Notes: generated from the sequence alone by a model not told the origin. Numbered from the stretch's first letter, positions 1 through 8,912 are shown. The stretch: DNA of 27,429 nt from Leptospirales bacterium (GCA_040326155.1 JBEQLE010000061.1:1-27429); one strand, 5' to 3'. A program made the numbers and translations.

Positions 1-1
1 C

Positions 2-703
2 AAAACAATTGTAACTTCACCTTTGCAAAATAAGATTGCAAAAAGCTATGGGGTGGAAGTACGGGAGACTTTAACAGGTTTTAAATTTATTGCAGATGAA
101 GTAGGTAAAGACCCAAAAAACTATATTTTTGGCGGAGAAGAGTCGTTTGGATATCTTCCCATTGAATGGGTGCGAGATAAAGACTCGCTTTCATCGGGGG
201 CTGCTTTAGCCGAGTTGGCTGAAGAAACCGATTTGCTTGAAAATCTAAATAACCTCTATTTGAAACATGGGGTATATAATGACTTTCTTTACTCCATTAA
301 ACTCACGCCTGACTCCCCTGTGTTGGCCCGCATTAACGAAAAGTTAAAATTGCCTGCACAATTAGGGAATAATGCAAACGGTAATTCCCAAATAGGCAAA
401 CGAAATATAGTCGATGTTCTTAACTTGCAAAAAGAGGGCCTAGAACCGCTCAGCACTTATTATAAAAATTTAAAGAAGACACTACCCTCTGCAAACGTTC
501 TGCAATTTAAACTGGAACCGGAAGGTTTTTTAACCATCCGACCATCCGGTACAGAACCCAAAATTAAAATTTATTTGAACCTCAAGCACCGTGAAAAAGC
601 CACGCTGGAAAATATGGAAACAATGAAAAAAGAACTTGCCGCCGAAGCAAAAATAATTCAAGCTGAATTCTTTGAGAGACTTGGCTTGCATAATCAGGAG
701 TAA
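2..703 (+). CDS. Phosphoglucomutase/phosphomannomutase (alpha-D-phosphohexomutase), 5'-truncated by window edge
   Basis: Frame open from position 2 (KTIVTSPL). Motifs TLTGFKFI, GGEESFGY (sugar-binding loop), VRDKD and RPSGTEPKIKIY (phosphate-binding loop). Confidence 0.93.
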   Translation, partial: KTIVTSPLQNKIAKSYGVEVRETLTGFKFIADEVGKDPKNYIFGGEESFGYLPIEWVRDKDSLSSGAALAELAEETDLLENLNNLYLKHGVYNDFLYSIKLTPDSPVLARINEKLKLPAQLGNNANGNSQIGKRNIVDVLNLQKEGLEPLSTYYKNLKKTLPSANVLQFKLEPEGFLTIRPSGTEPKIKIYLNLKHREKATLENMETMKKELAAEAKIIQAEFFERLGLHNQE

Positions 704-706
704 ATT

Positions 707-1210
707 ATGTTGAAAACATTAACAGATGAAGAAATTCGTATTCTAACAACCCTGGAAGAGAAAGGGAACATTCCAAATGCTGAACTAGCATTATTAATAA
801 AAATAGACGAAGCAAAAGTTCGTGAAATTATTAAAAATTTAACCGAACAAGAAATTATTTTAAAATATAAGGCTATTATCAACTGGGAAAAAATTGAGAG
901 TCCTGGTGTTGCCGCCGTAATCCAGGTTACAGCGTCGCCGCGCAAAGGCGAAGGGTATGACGAGGTCGCCCATGCCATATCCAGTTTTGAAGAGGTGCGA
1001 ACCTGCCTGCTTGTATCTGGATCGTTTGACCTTTTAGTGGAAGTGGAAGGGCCTTCGCTGAAAGCCGTAGCTTTTTTTGTAGCCGATAAACTAGCAACAA
1101 TCGATGGTGTAGAGCATACAAGAACAAATTTTTTGCTTAAAAGATATAAACAAGGTGGCGATCTATTAAATGTGTCGGGTACTACGCACCGGCTACCGTT
1201 AAGTATGTAA
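707..1210 (+). CDS. Lrp/AsnC family transcriptional regulator
   Basis: N-terminal HTH (AELALLIKIDEAKVREIIKNL) and C-terminal RAM domain (EVRTCLLVSGSFDLLVEVEG...GVEHTRTNF). AGGAG upstream. Confidence 0.92.
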   Translation: MLKTLTDEEIRILTTLEEKGNIPNAELALLIKIDEAKVREIIKNLTEQEIILKYKAIINWEKIESPGVAAVIQVTASPRKGEGYDEVAHAISSFEEVRTCLLVSGSFDLLVEVEGPSLKAVAFFVADKLATIDGVEHTRTNFLLKRYKQGGDLLNVSGTTHRLPLSM

Positions 1211-1221
1211 ACGAGTATGTA

Positions 1222-1563
1222 ATGGAAGATAAACAACGAATCTTGTTAATTCGAAAAGGAAACGAAGCTTTTAACTCCGGTAATATTGCTTTAGCGGCTG
1301 AAATTTTTAAAACGACAGAATACCAGGACGGCTTAATTCGAGTCGGAGACCACTACTACTATGAAAAAAAGCAACCTTTACTCGCTTATGGGTATTATCG
1401 AAAAGCTAAACATGAACCTATGTTGAATAAACTCTCGGAATCTTTTATTTTTGCCTTAAAATACTGGCTATCGGATGATACTTCTAAAAAGGATGAGTCT
1501 GAAGACGAAACGGTAGTTGAAGAGGTAAAACCCGAGAACGGTTCTGTCGACTATACCGAATAA
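1222..1563 (+). CDS. Conserved hypothetical helical (TPR/Sel1-like) protein with acidic tail
   Basis: Operonic spacing of 11 nt. LIRKGNEAFNSG...Y.DGLIRVGDHY resembles a small hypothetical family I recall from spirochaetes (not searched). Confidence 0.75.
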   Translation: MEDKQRILLIRKGNEAFNSGNIALAAEIFKTTEYQDGLIRVGDHYYYEKKQPLLAYGYYRKAKHEPMLNKLSESFIFALKYWLSDDTSKKDESEDETVVEEVKPENGSVDYTE

Positions 1564-1633
1564 AAGACGAAACACGTATCATTTTTTTACTTTACAAAAG
1601 ATAGCTATACTTTATAAAGGGTAGAGGTATTTT

Positions 1634-2404
1634 ATGAACCAGGAAAGAAAATCTCCCGACTACCCTTTTAAACCAGGTGAAGGCCATCTGGGCGAATCAC
1701 GTCAAAAAAGTCCCCGAGTAAATAAAGAATTAGGTAAGCTTTCCCTGACAGAAAAGCAAAATCGCGTTCTCAATTTTGTCACAGAACATATTGAAAAATT
1801 AAATTTCCCGCCAACTGTTCGTGAAATTGCCTCTTATTTCGGGGTTTCTGGCAAAGCTGCGCACGACCACTTGCGAGCCATAGCTAAAAAAGGGTATATA
1901 AACCTCTTTACCGGTTCGGCTCGTGGAATTGAAATTATACGAAAAGGTAACGATTCTGCCCCCGAAAACCCTTTACTACCGATTTCATCCATTCTACAAG
2001 ATTTACATATGGTCCCCCTGCTTGGTTCTATTGCTGCGGGAACCCCGATGCTGGCCGAAGAGAATGTGGATACTCGATTAGCGCTTCCGAAGTCATTTTT
2101 GCCACAGACAGGTGAAATGTTTGCGCTGAAAATAAAAGGCGACAGTATGGAAAATGCGGGAATCTTCGAAGATGATATCGCTGTAATCAAACAGGTCACC
2201 GATTTTCGAAGTGAAACTAAAACCGGAGACATTGTAGCAGCTTTAATTGACGGGGAAGCGACATTAAAGACATTTCGTAAAAAAGGAACCAAGATTGAAC
2301 TTCATCCTGAAAATGAGAATTACTCGGTAATTTCTCTAAGCGCGAAAGAGAACCCGGCAATTATTGGTAAACTGGTCGGCATATACCGAAAATATAGATT
2401 TTAA
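1634..2404 (+). CDS. lexA: SOS repressor LexA
   Basis: LTEKQ...FPPTVREIA winged HTH, IAAG self-cleavage site, GDSM catalytic Ser and ATLK catalytic Lys. GAGG upstream. Confidence 0.97.
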   Translation: MNQERKSPDYPFKPGEGHLGESRQKSPRVNKELGKLSLTEKQNRVLNFVTEHIEKLNFPPTVREIASYFGVSGKAAHDHLRAIAKKGYINLFTGSARGIEIIRKGNDSAPENPLLPISSILQDLHMVPLLGSIAAGTPMLAEENVDTRLALPKSFLPQTGEMFALKIKGDSMENAGIFEDDIAVIKQVTDFRSETKTGDIVAALIDGEATLKTFRKKGTKIELHPENENYSVISLSAKENPAIIGKLVGIYRKYRF

Positions 2405-3606
2405 TGCACTTAATTCAACGAACTATCATGATTGTTGTTGAATCACTGGGCGTTGGAGAAATGCCCGATGCAGAACAATACAATAGTCATGGTTGCAACA
2501 CCCTGGGCCACACTTCAGAGCAAATAAATAAACTGAAAATTCCCAATTTGAGCCAGCTGGGTCTGGGCAATTTAACGTATTCTAAACACGCAGAAAGAAC
2601 CTTTGATACGCTTGGTTTTTTCGGAAAGTTAAGACAACAATCCGACGGAATTGACCCTATTTTAGGCCACTGGGAAATTTGCGGTAATAAAAGTGAAAGC
2701 TTATTTTACACAGATGCGAAAGGTTTTTTTCCTGAAATTATTACGAAGCTTACAAAAAAAACAAGTTATAATTTTATTGCAGATGATAGTTTCAAAACAT
2801 TGCCAATAGCCGCGCTAACGCTGCACGAGCATAAAGAGAATAAAACACCAATTATCTACTATGATGATAATTATGCTTTGTACATTGTTGTACACCCTGA
2901 TGTTATGGAAGAAGAAGAATTTATCACTTTGTGCGAAGATGCCCGGGAAATTTGTGATTATTATGGAGTCATTCGGTTAAATGGCGTTCTTTCACCTAAT
3001 TTATCGGGAAAGTCATATACAAAAGAAGATATTATAGAATATATTACACCACCCATGAAGCACTCCTTATTACACAGTTTAAATTCTTCGGGTATTCCGG
3101 TGTATACCATCGGTAATGTTGAAAATTATATCGATAATGAGGCCATCAGTAATAGAATCGATACACAAAACGATGAAGAAACGTTAACTTCACTCAACAA
3201 TTTGCTGACTGAGGGTATATCCGAAGATATGGAATATTTTGTTTATGCTTCGCTGAAAGGGCCTATTGATAGTTTGCAAGAAGAAGAAGCTACTCTTTCT
3301 GACTACGGCGCTAATCTGGAATACCTCGATTCCCAGCTTCCTAATATATATCGGTCAATGAATACGTCCGATCTTCTCATTATAACCTCAAGTCATGCTA
3401 AAGATCCTACTTACGATAAAATTGGAAATACAAGAGAATATTTGCCGATTTTAATTTATTCTCGTATCTTGAATGTTAGAAATCGTGGGAACCTCGGTGT
3501 TCGGCGAACTCTTTGTGATATTGCAGAGACTATCTCAGATATCTATTCGTTAGATACCCATTATGGGGGAGATAGTTTTTGGAATTACATGATATCACGA
3601 ATTTGA
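2404..3606 (+). CDS. Phosphopentomutase (DeoB)-like protein with degenerate active site
   Basis: DeoB-like segments SLGVGEMPDA, NTLGH, PNL..LGLGN, GHWEI, LLIIT..H..DPT, TREYLP and G.R.TL.DIAETI. Most metal ligands are substituted. TAATG overlap with lexA. Confidence 0.85.
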   Translation: MHLIQRTIMIVVESLGVGEMPDAEQYNSHGCNTLGHTSEQINKLKIPNLSQLGLGNLTYSKHAERTFDTLGFFGKLRQQSDGIDPILGHWEICGNKSESLFYTDAKGFFPEIITKLTKKTSYNFIADDSFKTLPIAALTLHEHKENKTPIIYYDDNYALYIVVHPDVMEEEEFITLCEDAREICDYYGVIRLNGVLSPNLSGKSYTKEDIIEYITPPMKHSLLHSLNSSGIPVYTIGNVENYIDNEAISNRIDTQNDEETLTSLNNLLTEGISEDMEYFVYASLKGPIDSLQEEEATLSDYGANLEYLDSQLPNIYRSMNTSDLLIITSSHAKDPTYDKIGNTREYLPILIYSRILNVRNRGNLGVRRTLCDIAETISDIYSLDTHYGGDSFWNYMISRI

Positions 3607-3617
3607 TCAATGTCAAT

Positions 3618-4445
3618 ATGAGTAAAATGAATATACCGATCGCGATTGTAATGCCCGTTTATAATGAATTCGACAACATTCGAAATGTGGTCCAGGAAGT
3701 TTTACGCAACAAAAGTGAAGAAGATCTGTTTATTATGGTAGATGACGGTAGCTGCGATGGAACCCAGCATGTCATTAATGAATTTGAAACAAGTGGGTTT
3801 TTAGAAAGCCATAACTCATATGTAGTGCGTCACAGTGAAAACCGGGGCTATGGAGAGGCTCTTTTAAGTGGTTTTAGAAAAGTCCTCGAAAATTCAAAAT
3901 ACGAATATACATTAACAATCGATTGCGATGGACAACACCAACCTCAAGATATTATAAAATTTAAAACAACCACCGAAGCCGATATAACCAGCGCGTCTCG
4001 CTATTTGGACTCCAAAGAAATCGGGAAAAAAGCTCCTGAAGATCGCGCAAAAATTAATAGAAAATTTATAGAAACACTGAAGGTTGAAGCCGAATCAACT
4101 CTAGGCGAAAAATGGGTTTTAACCGACGCCTTTTGCGGCATGAAAAAATACTCGAATCGGTTTTTATGTGAATTTATAAGTTATTTTGACAGTATAAAAC
4201 ATTCCAGTGAATATACCGGCTACGGATTTCCGCTTACCGTCTGGGGTTTTTACCTGCATTGGGTAAAAAACAACAACCGAAAAATGGCAGAAAGTTTTAC
4301 AGAAATTGGTATTGCTAGAATTTATACCGATGAAAACCGCTCTTTTGGAGAAAAACTAGATAACCCTCTGGTTCGATACAGGTATTATATGAAATGTTTT
4401 AACGCCACGAGCAAAATAAGATCAAATTTTTTGGTCAAATGCTGA
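3618..4445 (+). CDS. Glycosyltransferase family 2 (polyprenol-phosphate mannosyltransferase-like)
   Basis: IVMPVYNE, VDDGS.DGT, NRGYG.AL..GF, DCDGQH (DxD), DAFCGMK. Start uncertain (3579/3618/3627). Confidence 0.9.
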   Translation: MSKMNIPIAIVMPVYNEFDNIRNVVQEVLRNKSEEDLFIMVDDGSCDGTQHVINEFETSGFLESHNSYVVRHSENRGYGEALLSGFRKVLENSKYEYTLTIDCDGQHQPQDIIKFKTTTEADITSASRYLDSKEIGKKAPEDRAKINRKFIETLKVEAESTLGEKWVLTDAFCGMKKYSNRFLCEFISYFDSIKHSSEYTGYGFPLTVWGFYLHWVKNNNRKMAESFTEIGIARIYTDENRSFGEKLDNPLVRYRYYMKCFNATSKIRSNFLVKC

Positions 4446-4503
4446 AAATTATCTATTATATATAAGAACTGACGAAAACATTTATAGTTTTAAGGAGAAA
4501 TAA

Positions 4504-4728
4504 TTGTCTGAAGTAACTGAAAAACAAGAATTTATAGCAGAGATGACGATACAAGATGCTTTACAAATGCATCCTGAGGCGGCGCTCGTTTTAGCCGGAT
4601 ACCATTTAGGTGGATGTTCTCATTGCGGTGTCAACACCATTGAAACCTTAGGACAAGTTTGTAACGGTTATGGTATTCCACTTGATGCTTTACTCTCATC
4701 GTTAAATGACCTATTAGAAGACGATTAA
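4504..4728 (+). CDS. DUF1858-like small cysteine protein (putative disulfide oxidoreductase / Fe-S repair-associated domain)
   Basis: TTG start with AAGGAG upstream. MTI.DAL..HPE...VL..Y.LGGCSHC...ETL.Q...YGI..D.LL..LN pattern. Confidence 0.8.
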   Translation: MSEVTEKQEFIAEMTIQDALQMHPEAALVLAGYHLGGCSHCGVNTIETLGQVCNGYGIPLDALLSSLNDLLEDD

Positions 4729-4729
4729 A

Positions 4730-5539
4730 TTAATGGGCCAATCTGGCCGAAATACCCCTGTCGCTTGATCGTATAAAATCGATATACTCTTGAAGAATTT
4801 TTCGTTCTTCCGAACCCTGTTCGGTCTGATTCAAAAATTCTTCTTCCAGTATAGATGCGGCTTTTTTCGGAATATTTCCTCTCATATAGACCGTTTTGTA
4901 TATGTTTTTAATTAAACTTATTCGGTCTGAAGGAAATTCAGCGCGACGCAACCCGATCATATTGAGCCCGGTAATACCGCCGGGTTCTCCTGAGAACATG
5001 GAGTATGGTGGAATATCTCGCAAAACTGCCGTTACCCCGCCAACAATAGAAAACTTTCCAATTTTAACAAACTGATGTATCGCCGATAGGCCCCCGATAT
5101 ACACGTTATCGTCGAGCTGGACATGACCACCTACGGCAACCGCCGGAGTCAATACATTGTTGTTTTTCATTTGAACGTCGTGTCCTAAATGAACATTACA
5201 CATTAAGTAATTATTATTACCAATTTGAGTAAGGTTTCCCGGTTTAGATGGTTGGTGAATGGAAACATATTCTCGTAATACGTTATTATCGCCGATTTTA
5301 ATGGCGGCCTCGGAGTTATCAAAGGTAAGGTCTTGACCATTTTCACCAATACAAGCGGCGTGAAATATCTGGTTATTTTTACCAATGTCAAGCTTACCTT
5401 TCAACTGAACATAAGGGCCTATTTTGGTTCCAGCCCCGATGCTGACATCAGGTCCAATAATAGAAAACGGTTCGACAGTAACTGAATCGTCTAATTGAGC
5501 TTTTGAATCAACTAAAGCAGTTGGGTGTATATTAGCCAT
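4730..5539 (-). CDS. lpxA: Acyl-ACP--UDP-N-acetylglucosamine acyltransferase LpxA
   Basis: IHPTALVD start, hexapeptide repeats, QDL, REYVSIH, HLGHD, GGH, IHQFVKIG, DIPPY, GLN.IGLRR. Confidence 0.95.
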   Translation of the reverse strand: MANIHPTALVDSKAQLDDSVTVEPFSIIGPDVSIGAGTKIGPYVQLKGKLDIGKNNQIFHAACIGENGQDLTFDNSEAAIKIGDNNVLREYVSIHQPSKPGNLTQIGNNNYLMCNVHLGHDVQMKNNNVLTPAVAVGGHVQLDDNVYIGGLSAIHQFVKIGKFSIVGGVTAVLRDIPPYSMFSGEPGGITGLNMIGLRRAEFPSDRISLIKNIYKTVYMRGNIPKKAASILEEEFLNQTEQGSEERKILQEYIDFIRSSDRGISARLAH

Positions 5540-5560
5540 GTTTGTACCTTTTATCTTTGT

Positions 5561-7564
5561 CTATTTCATATCTTCTTCAACAATTTCAGAAACATCCAGA
5601 ACAGCTACCGTTTCGGTCTTTCCTTCTGCCTTTACACCGTCTGTAATCATGGTAAGGCAAAAAGGGCAAGCCGTTGCAACGGTAGTTGCGCCTGTTTTTA
5701 ATAGATCGCGGGTTCGTTGAATATTTACCCTCTCTCCGGTCTCTTCCATCCACATTTGAGCCCCGCCTGCCCCACAGCAAGTCGATTTTTCTCGATGTTC
5801 TTCCGGTTCATGCAGGGCAGAATTTCCTTTCGTAATAGAATTTCGCGGTTCATTATAAACGTCATTGTACCTTCCCAGGTAACAAGAATCATGATAGGTT
5901 AAATTCAAGGGTTCAGAACTATTGACTTCAAGCTTACCCGATTTAATAAACGAGTCAATAAGTTCAGAGTGGTGCAATACTTCATAGTTTCCATTAAATT
6001 CTGGATATTCATTTTTCAAGGTATTAAAACAGTGAGGACATGGTGTAACAATTTTCTTTACGCCATAATTATTCAACGTTTCAATATTCGACTGAGCCAG
6101 AGTTTGAAATAAATACTCGTTACCGGCCCGCCTGGCAGAATCGCCAGTACAACTTTCTTCTGTTCCCAGAATACCAAATGTCATTTTAGCTTTATTTAAA
6201 ATAGAAACCAGACTGCGGGCAATCTTTTTATTTCGTTCGTCAAAAGCGCCGGCGCAACCCACCCAGTATAAAATTTCTGGAGTTTCACCTGACTCTGACC
6301 ACTCTTTCATGGTTTTAACTTGAAGCCCCTCAGCCCACTCTTCGCGTTTATCGCTGGAAATACCCCAGGGGTTAGACTGATTTTCAATATTTTGCAATGC
6401 CCCTTGCAGTTGCGCAGGCATAGCCCCTTCATTTAACACAGACGAACGTCTAAGTTCCATAATAGGGTCTAATGGGTTATTCCCCACCGGACAGGCTTCG
6501 GCGCAGGCGTAGCAACTGGTACAAGCCCAGATCGCATCGCGAGAAATATAATTATCAATTACCTTAAATTCTCCGGACTGGGTAAGAGTTGCGCCCTCTT
6601 CTCCTTTAGCAAGACGTTCTTTCGCAAGCGGCATTTTTTGCATTAAGGCGCTTTTTAAATCTACAATAATATCTTTAGGCGAAAGCGGTTTGCCCGTTCG
6701 CGCAGCAGGACAACGCAATTGGCAACGTCCACATTCTATACAAGAGAGAGTATCCAGGTAGCTTTTCCAGGTAAATTCGTGTACATGAGAAGCGCCCCAA
6801 TAACTTGCATTTTCCACATCTAAAGAAGCCATTTTACCTTTAGGTGAATTCGATGAAAACCAGTAGTTTAAAGGCGCCCAGACCAAATGAGCATGTTTGG
6901 AACGAGGCACGACAATCATAAACGCAAAAATCGTTAAAATATGTCCCCACCAGCCGATTAGAAAAAAAGTTTGAACTTTGTCAACTCCGAGTAAATAAAC
7001 GAAATTTACAAGAATGGAACGCAGAGAAAATGTGGAACCTTCTGCAAGAATAATAGTTCGAGACGGAGATTCAAGCAGCGTAAAAATCATTAATAGTAAA
7101 ATTAAACCTATAACGATAATAGACTGAATCGAGGGACGGTCGAGCTCGGGAGCTCTAAAAACATAACGGCGTATCCAGAAATAAAGGCAACCGAAAATTA
7201 CAAGCAGTGTAAACAGATCGAGAAAAGTTTCATACAGACCCAAAAATGTATGACCAAAAAAAGAAGGTATGTAAAAAAAATAAGTCCCGGATAATCCTCC
7301 TATAATTTGACTGGAGGTATGAATAACATATACAAAAAAACCGAAAAAGATAAACATATGAAACATCCCGCGAATGGGACGCTTCATCAATTTTTTTTGT
7401 AACAATACATTTACAAGAATGGATTTTATACGATAACCCAAAGATGCGGTAGTTGTCCAGGGCTGTCCGGTTCTGGCGAGTTTCCAATTTCGTATAATAA
7501 AATACGCCCCGGCGCTCAAGGATATTAAAAATAAAGCAGCAAAAATAAATGGGTTCGGTGTCAT
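5561..7564 (-). CDS. Membrane-bound Fe-S oxidoreductase (FadF/YwjF, heterodisulfide reductase-like)
   Basis: N-terminal TM helices with His residues, two 4Fe-4S motifs (CIECGRCQLRCP, CTSCYACAEACP) and two CCG domains (WVGC, CTGD, CPHC, YHDSCYLGR, CCGAGG, ACPFC). GAGG upstream. Confidence 0.92.
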   Translation of the reverse strand: MTPNPFIFAALFLISLSAGAYFIIRNWKLARTGQPWTTTASLGYRIKSILVNVLLQKKLMKRPIRGMFHMFIFFGFFVYVIHTSSQIIGGLSGTYFFYIPSFFGHTFLGLYETFLDLFTLLVIFGCLYFWIRRYVFRAPELDRPSIQSIIVIGLILLLMIFTLLESPSRTIILAEGSTFSLRSILVNFVYLLGVDKVQTFFLIGWWGHILTIFAFMIVVPRSKHAHLVWAPLNYWFSSNSPKGKMASLDVENASYWGASHVHEFTWKSYLDTLSCIECGRCQLRCPAARTGKPLSPKDIIVDLKSALMQKMPLAKERLAKGEEGATLTQSGEFKVIDNYISRDAIWACTSCYACAEACPVGNNPLDPIMELRRSSVLNEGAMPAQLQGALQNIENQSNPWGISSDKREEWAEGLQVKTMKEWSESGETPEILYWVGCAGAFDERNKKIARSLVSILNKAKMTFGILGTEESCTGDSARRAGNEYLFQTLAQSNIETLNNYGVKKIVTPCPHCFNTLKNEYPEFNGNYEVLHHSELIDSFIKSGKLEVNSSEPLNLTYHDSCYLGRYNDVYNEPRNSITKGNSALHEPEEHREKSTCCGAGGAQMWMEETGERVNIQRTRDLLKTGATTVATACPFCLTMITDGVKAEGKTETVAVLDVSEIVEEDMK

Positions 7565-7665
7565 TACATTCCTCGATTCTCAAAACTTACATAGAGTAAA
7601 TAGTACTATAATGTATTCTTCATTCTGCTAGTCAACCAATTCGAACACTGCGCGCCACGTCTACC

Positions 7666-7878
7666 TTAAGTTGCCCATTTGATTTTCAACTTTTTATGAC
7701 TTTCTGCACAGTCTCTTAAGTATAGATTTATTAAGTTTTGGTACGGTATTCCTGTTTCGCCTGCCATGCTCTTAAAGTATTCTATTGTATTTTCCTCTAG
7801 CCTGATGCTTATTGCCTTTTTTAATTTTTTGCTATATGGATTTTTCTTTGATTCACTAAAATTATACTCTTGTTTCAT
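7666..7878 (-). CDS. brnA: BrnA family antitoxin (RHH/CopG-like)
   Basis: MK.EYNFS..KKNPY...LKK.ISIRL....IEYFK..A.ETGIPYQNLINLYLRDCA. ATGA overlap with the toxin. Confidence 0.9.
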   Translation of the reverse strand: MKQEYNFSESKKNPYSKKLKKAISIRLEENTIEYFKSMAGETGIPYQNLINLYLRDCAESHKKLKIKWAT

Positions 7879-8162
7879 TTTATAAACCCCCGGTATGCCT
7901 TGCTTTCATTTTTTGTTGCTTTTCGTGCCGATATTATACTCAGTAATTTTTCTGTCTCTCTATGACAATGCACTACAATTAATATCCTCGCCTTTTCACT
8001 CATTCCCATTAATACAAACCTATTTTCAGATTCAGAGTGCTCATCATCTTCCTTTAACCTTGCATTATCATCATAAAAAACACTTTTAGCTTCGTTAAAA
8101 GTGACTCCATGTTTTTTCAGGTTGGTTTCACCTTTCTGATCATCCCATGAAAATGTAATCAT
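7875..8162 (-). CDS. brnT: BrnT family toxin (DUF497)
   Basis: FSWD..K...NLKKHGVTF.EA..VF.D, HS..E.RF...G, IISARKAT..E. ATG at 8162 preferred because the longer ORF start lies inside the promoter. Confidence 0.92.
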   Translation of the reverse strand: MITFSWDDQKGETNLKKHGVTFNEAKSVFYDDNARLKEDDEHSESENRFVLMGMSEKARILIVVHCHRETEKLLSIISARKATKNESKAYRGFIK

Positions 8163-8184
8163 CTCTTCTATATCTCTTATATCT

Positions 8185-8213
8185 ATTGTATATACAATGT
8201 ATGCATTTGTCAA
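8185..8213 (-). promoter_or_regulatory. Sigma70-type promoter of brnTA with overlapping palindromic operator
   Basis: TTGACA-17 nt-TACAAT on the minus strand. Perfect palindrome ATTGTATATACAAT at 8185-8198 covers the -10 box. Confidence 0.8.
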
Positions 8214-8230
8214 CAAAAAAAACCTAAATT

Positions 8231-8434
8231 TTAGACAGGGTTAATCGGTCTACAGGTTAAGAAAAGAGTACCACAAGGAGGGCAGGAAATACAGGAAAAG
8301 AGGAATAAGAAGCTTAGACAAGATTGACCGGTTTACAGGTGAAGAAAGATGAATTATTTAATTTGCACACATTTTTTGAACCGGTTAATCCTGTAAATCC
8401 TGTCTTTTTCTTTTCCTCCCCTTCCTGCCTTCCT
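8231..8434. repeat. Nested palindromic intergenic element (REP/MITE-like), copy 1
   Basis: Outer arms AGGAGGGCAGGAA (8276-8288) / TTCCTGCCTTCCT (8422-8434). Inner arms built of ~9-nt ACAGGATTA-like units (8314-8340 / 8379-8405). Extra left-arm copy at 8231-8266. Homologous to 20687-20838. Confidence 0.8.
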
Positions 8435-8489
8435 CATACAAAATCCTTCATTTGTATAAGAAAAGCAAAAAAGTAAGGAAAGAGAAAAA

Positions 8490-8912
8490 TTAGTCTTTAA
8501 GAACTTTAAATGTCACGGCTCGTTTATTTGCCTTTTCGCCTTCACTGCGAATTTTAAGAGTATTGTTAGCAACACCGGCTGTATTTAGCCGACTTTGTAC
8601 TTCGCGCGCTCGTCGCTTTCCGAGTTTTTTATTGTACTCGTCCGTACCAGATTTTGAAGCGTGTCCAATTACATTCAAAGAATATCCTTTCGGGATTTGC
8701 TTAGTAATACTATTGATGGTTTCAGCAATTCCTTGTATAAGCTTTTCTGTGGATTTAGCCTCAGGCAAAGAGGACGAATTGTTATCAAACTTCACTTTTA
8801 GTTTAGCCAGGGTAGCGTTTATGCTTTTTACCTGAGCGATATCGGCTGGGTTCTGCGCCGAAAGTGTTGTGAAAACAAAAACAGCGGCAATTAAAAATAT
8901 AATTTTTTTCAT
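8490..8912 (-). CDS. Secreted OmpA C-terminal-like domain protein
   Basis: Signal peptide (MKKIIFLIAAVFVFTTLSA). VKFDNNSS.L, V.GHAS..GTDEYNKKLG.RRA..V...L, S.GE, RAVTF. AAGGAG RBS. Confidence 0.88.
   Translation of the reverse strand: MKKIIFLIAAVFVFTTLSAQNPADIAQVKSINATLAKLKVKFDNNSSSLPEAKSTEKLIQGIAETINSITKQIPKGYSLNVIGHASKSGTDEYNKKLGKRRAREVQSRLNTAGVANNTLKIRSEGEKANKRAVTFKVLKD

Noticed and set aside
7651..7664. GTAG-type REP remnant (GTAGACGTGGCGCG on minus strand) right after brnA
   Set aside because: Only a half-site, with no palindrome partner or second copy.
8231..8434. CRISPR array or DGR template/variable repeat
   Set aside because: There are no regular repeat-spacer units, both copies are non-coding, the mismatches are not adenine-specific, and no cas or RT gene is present.
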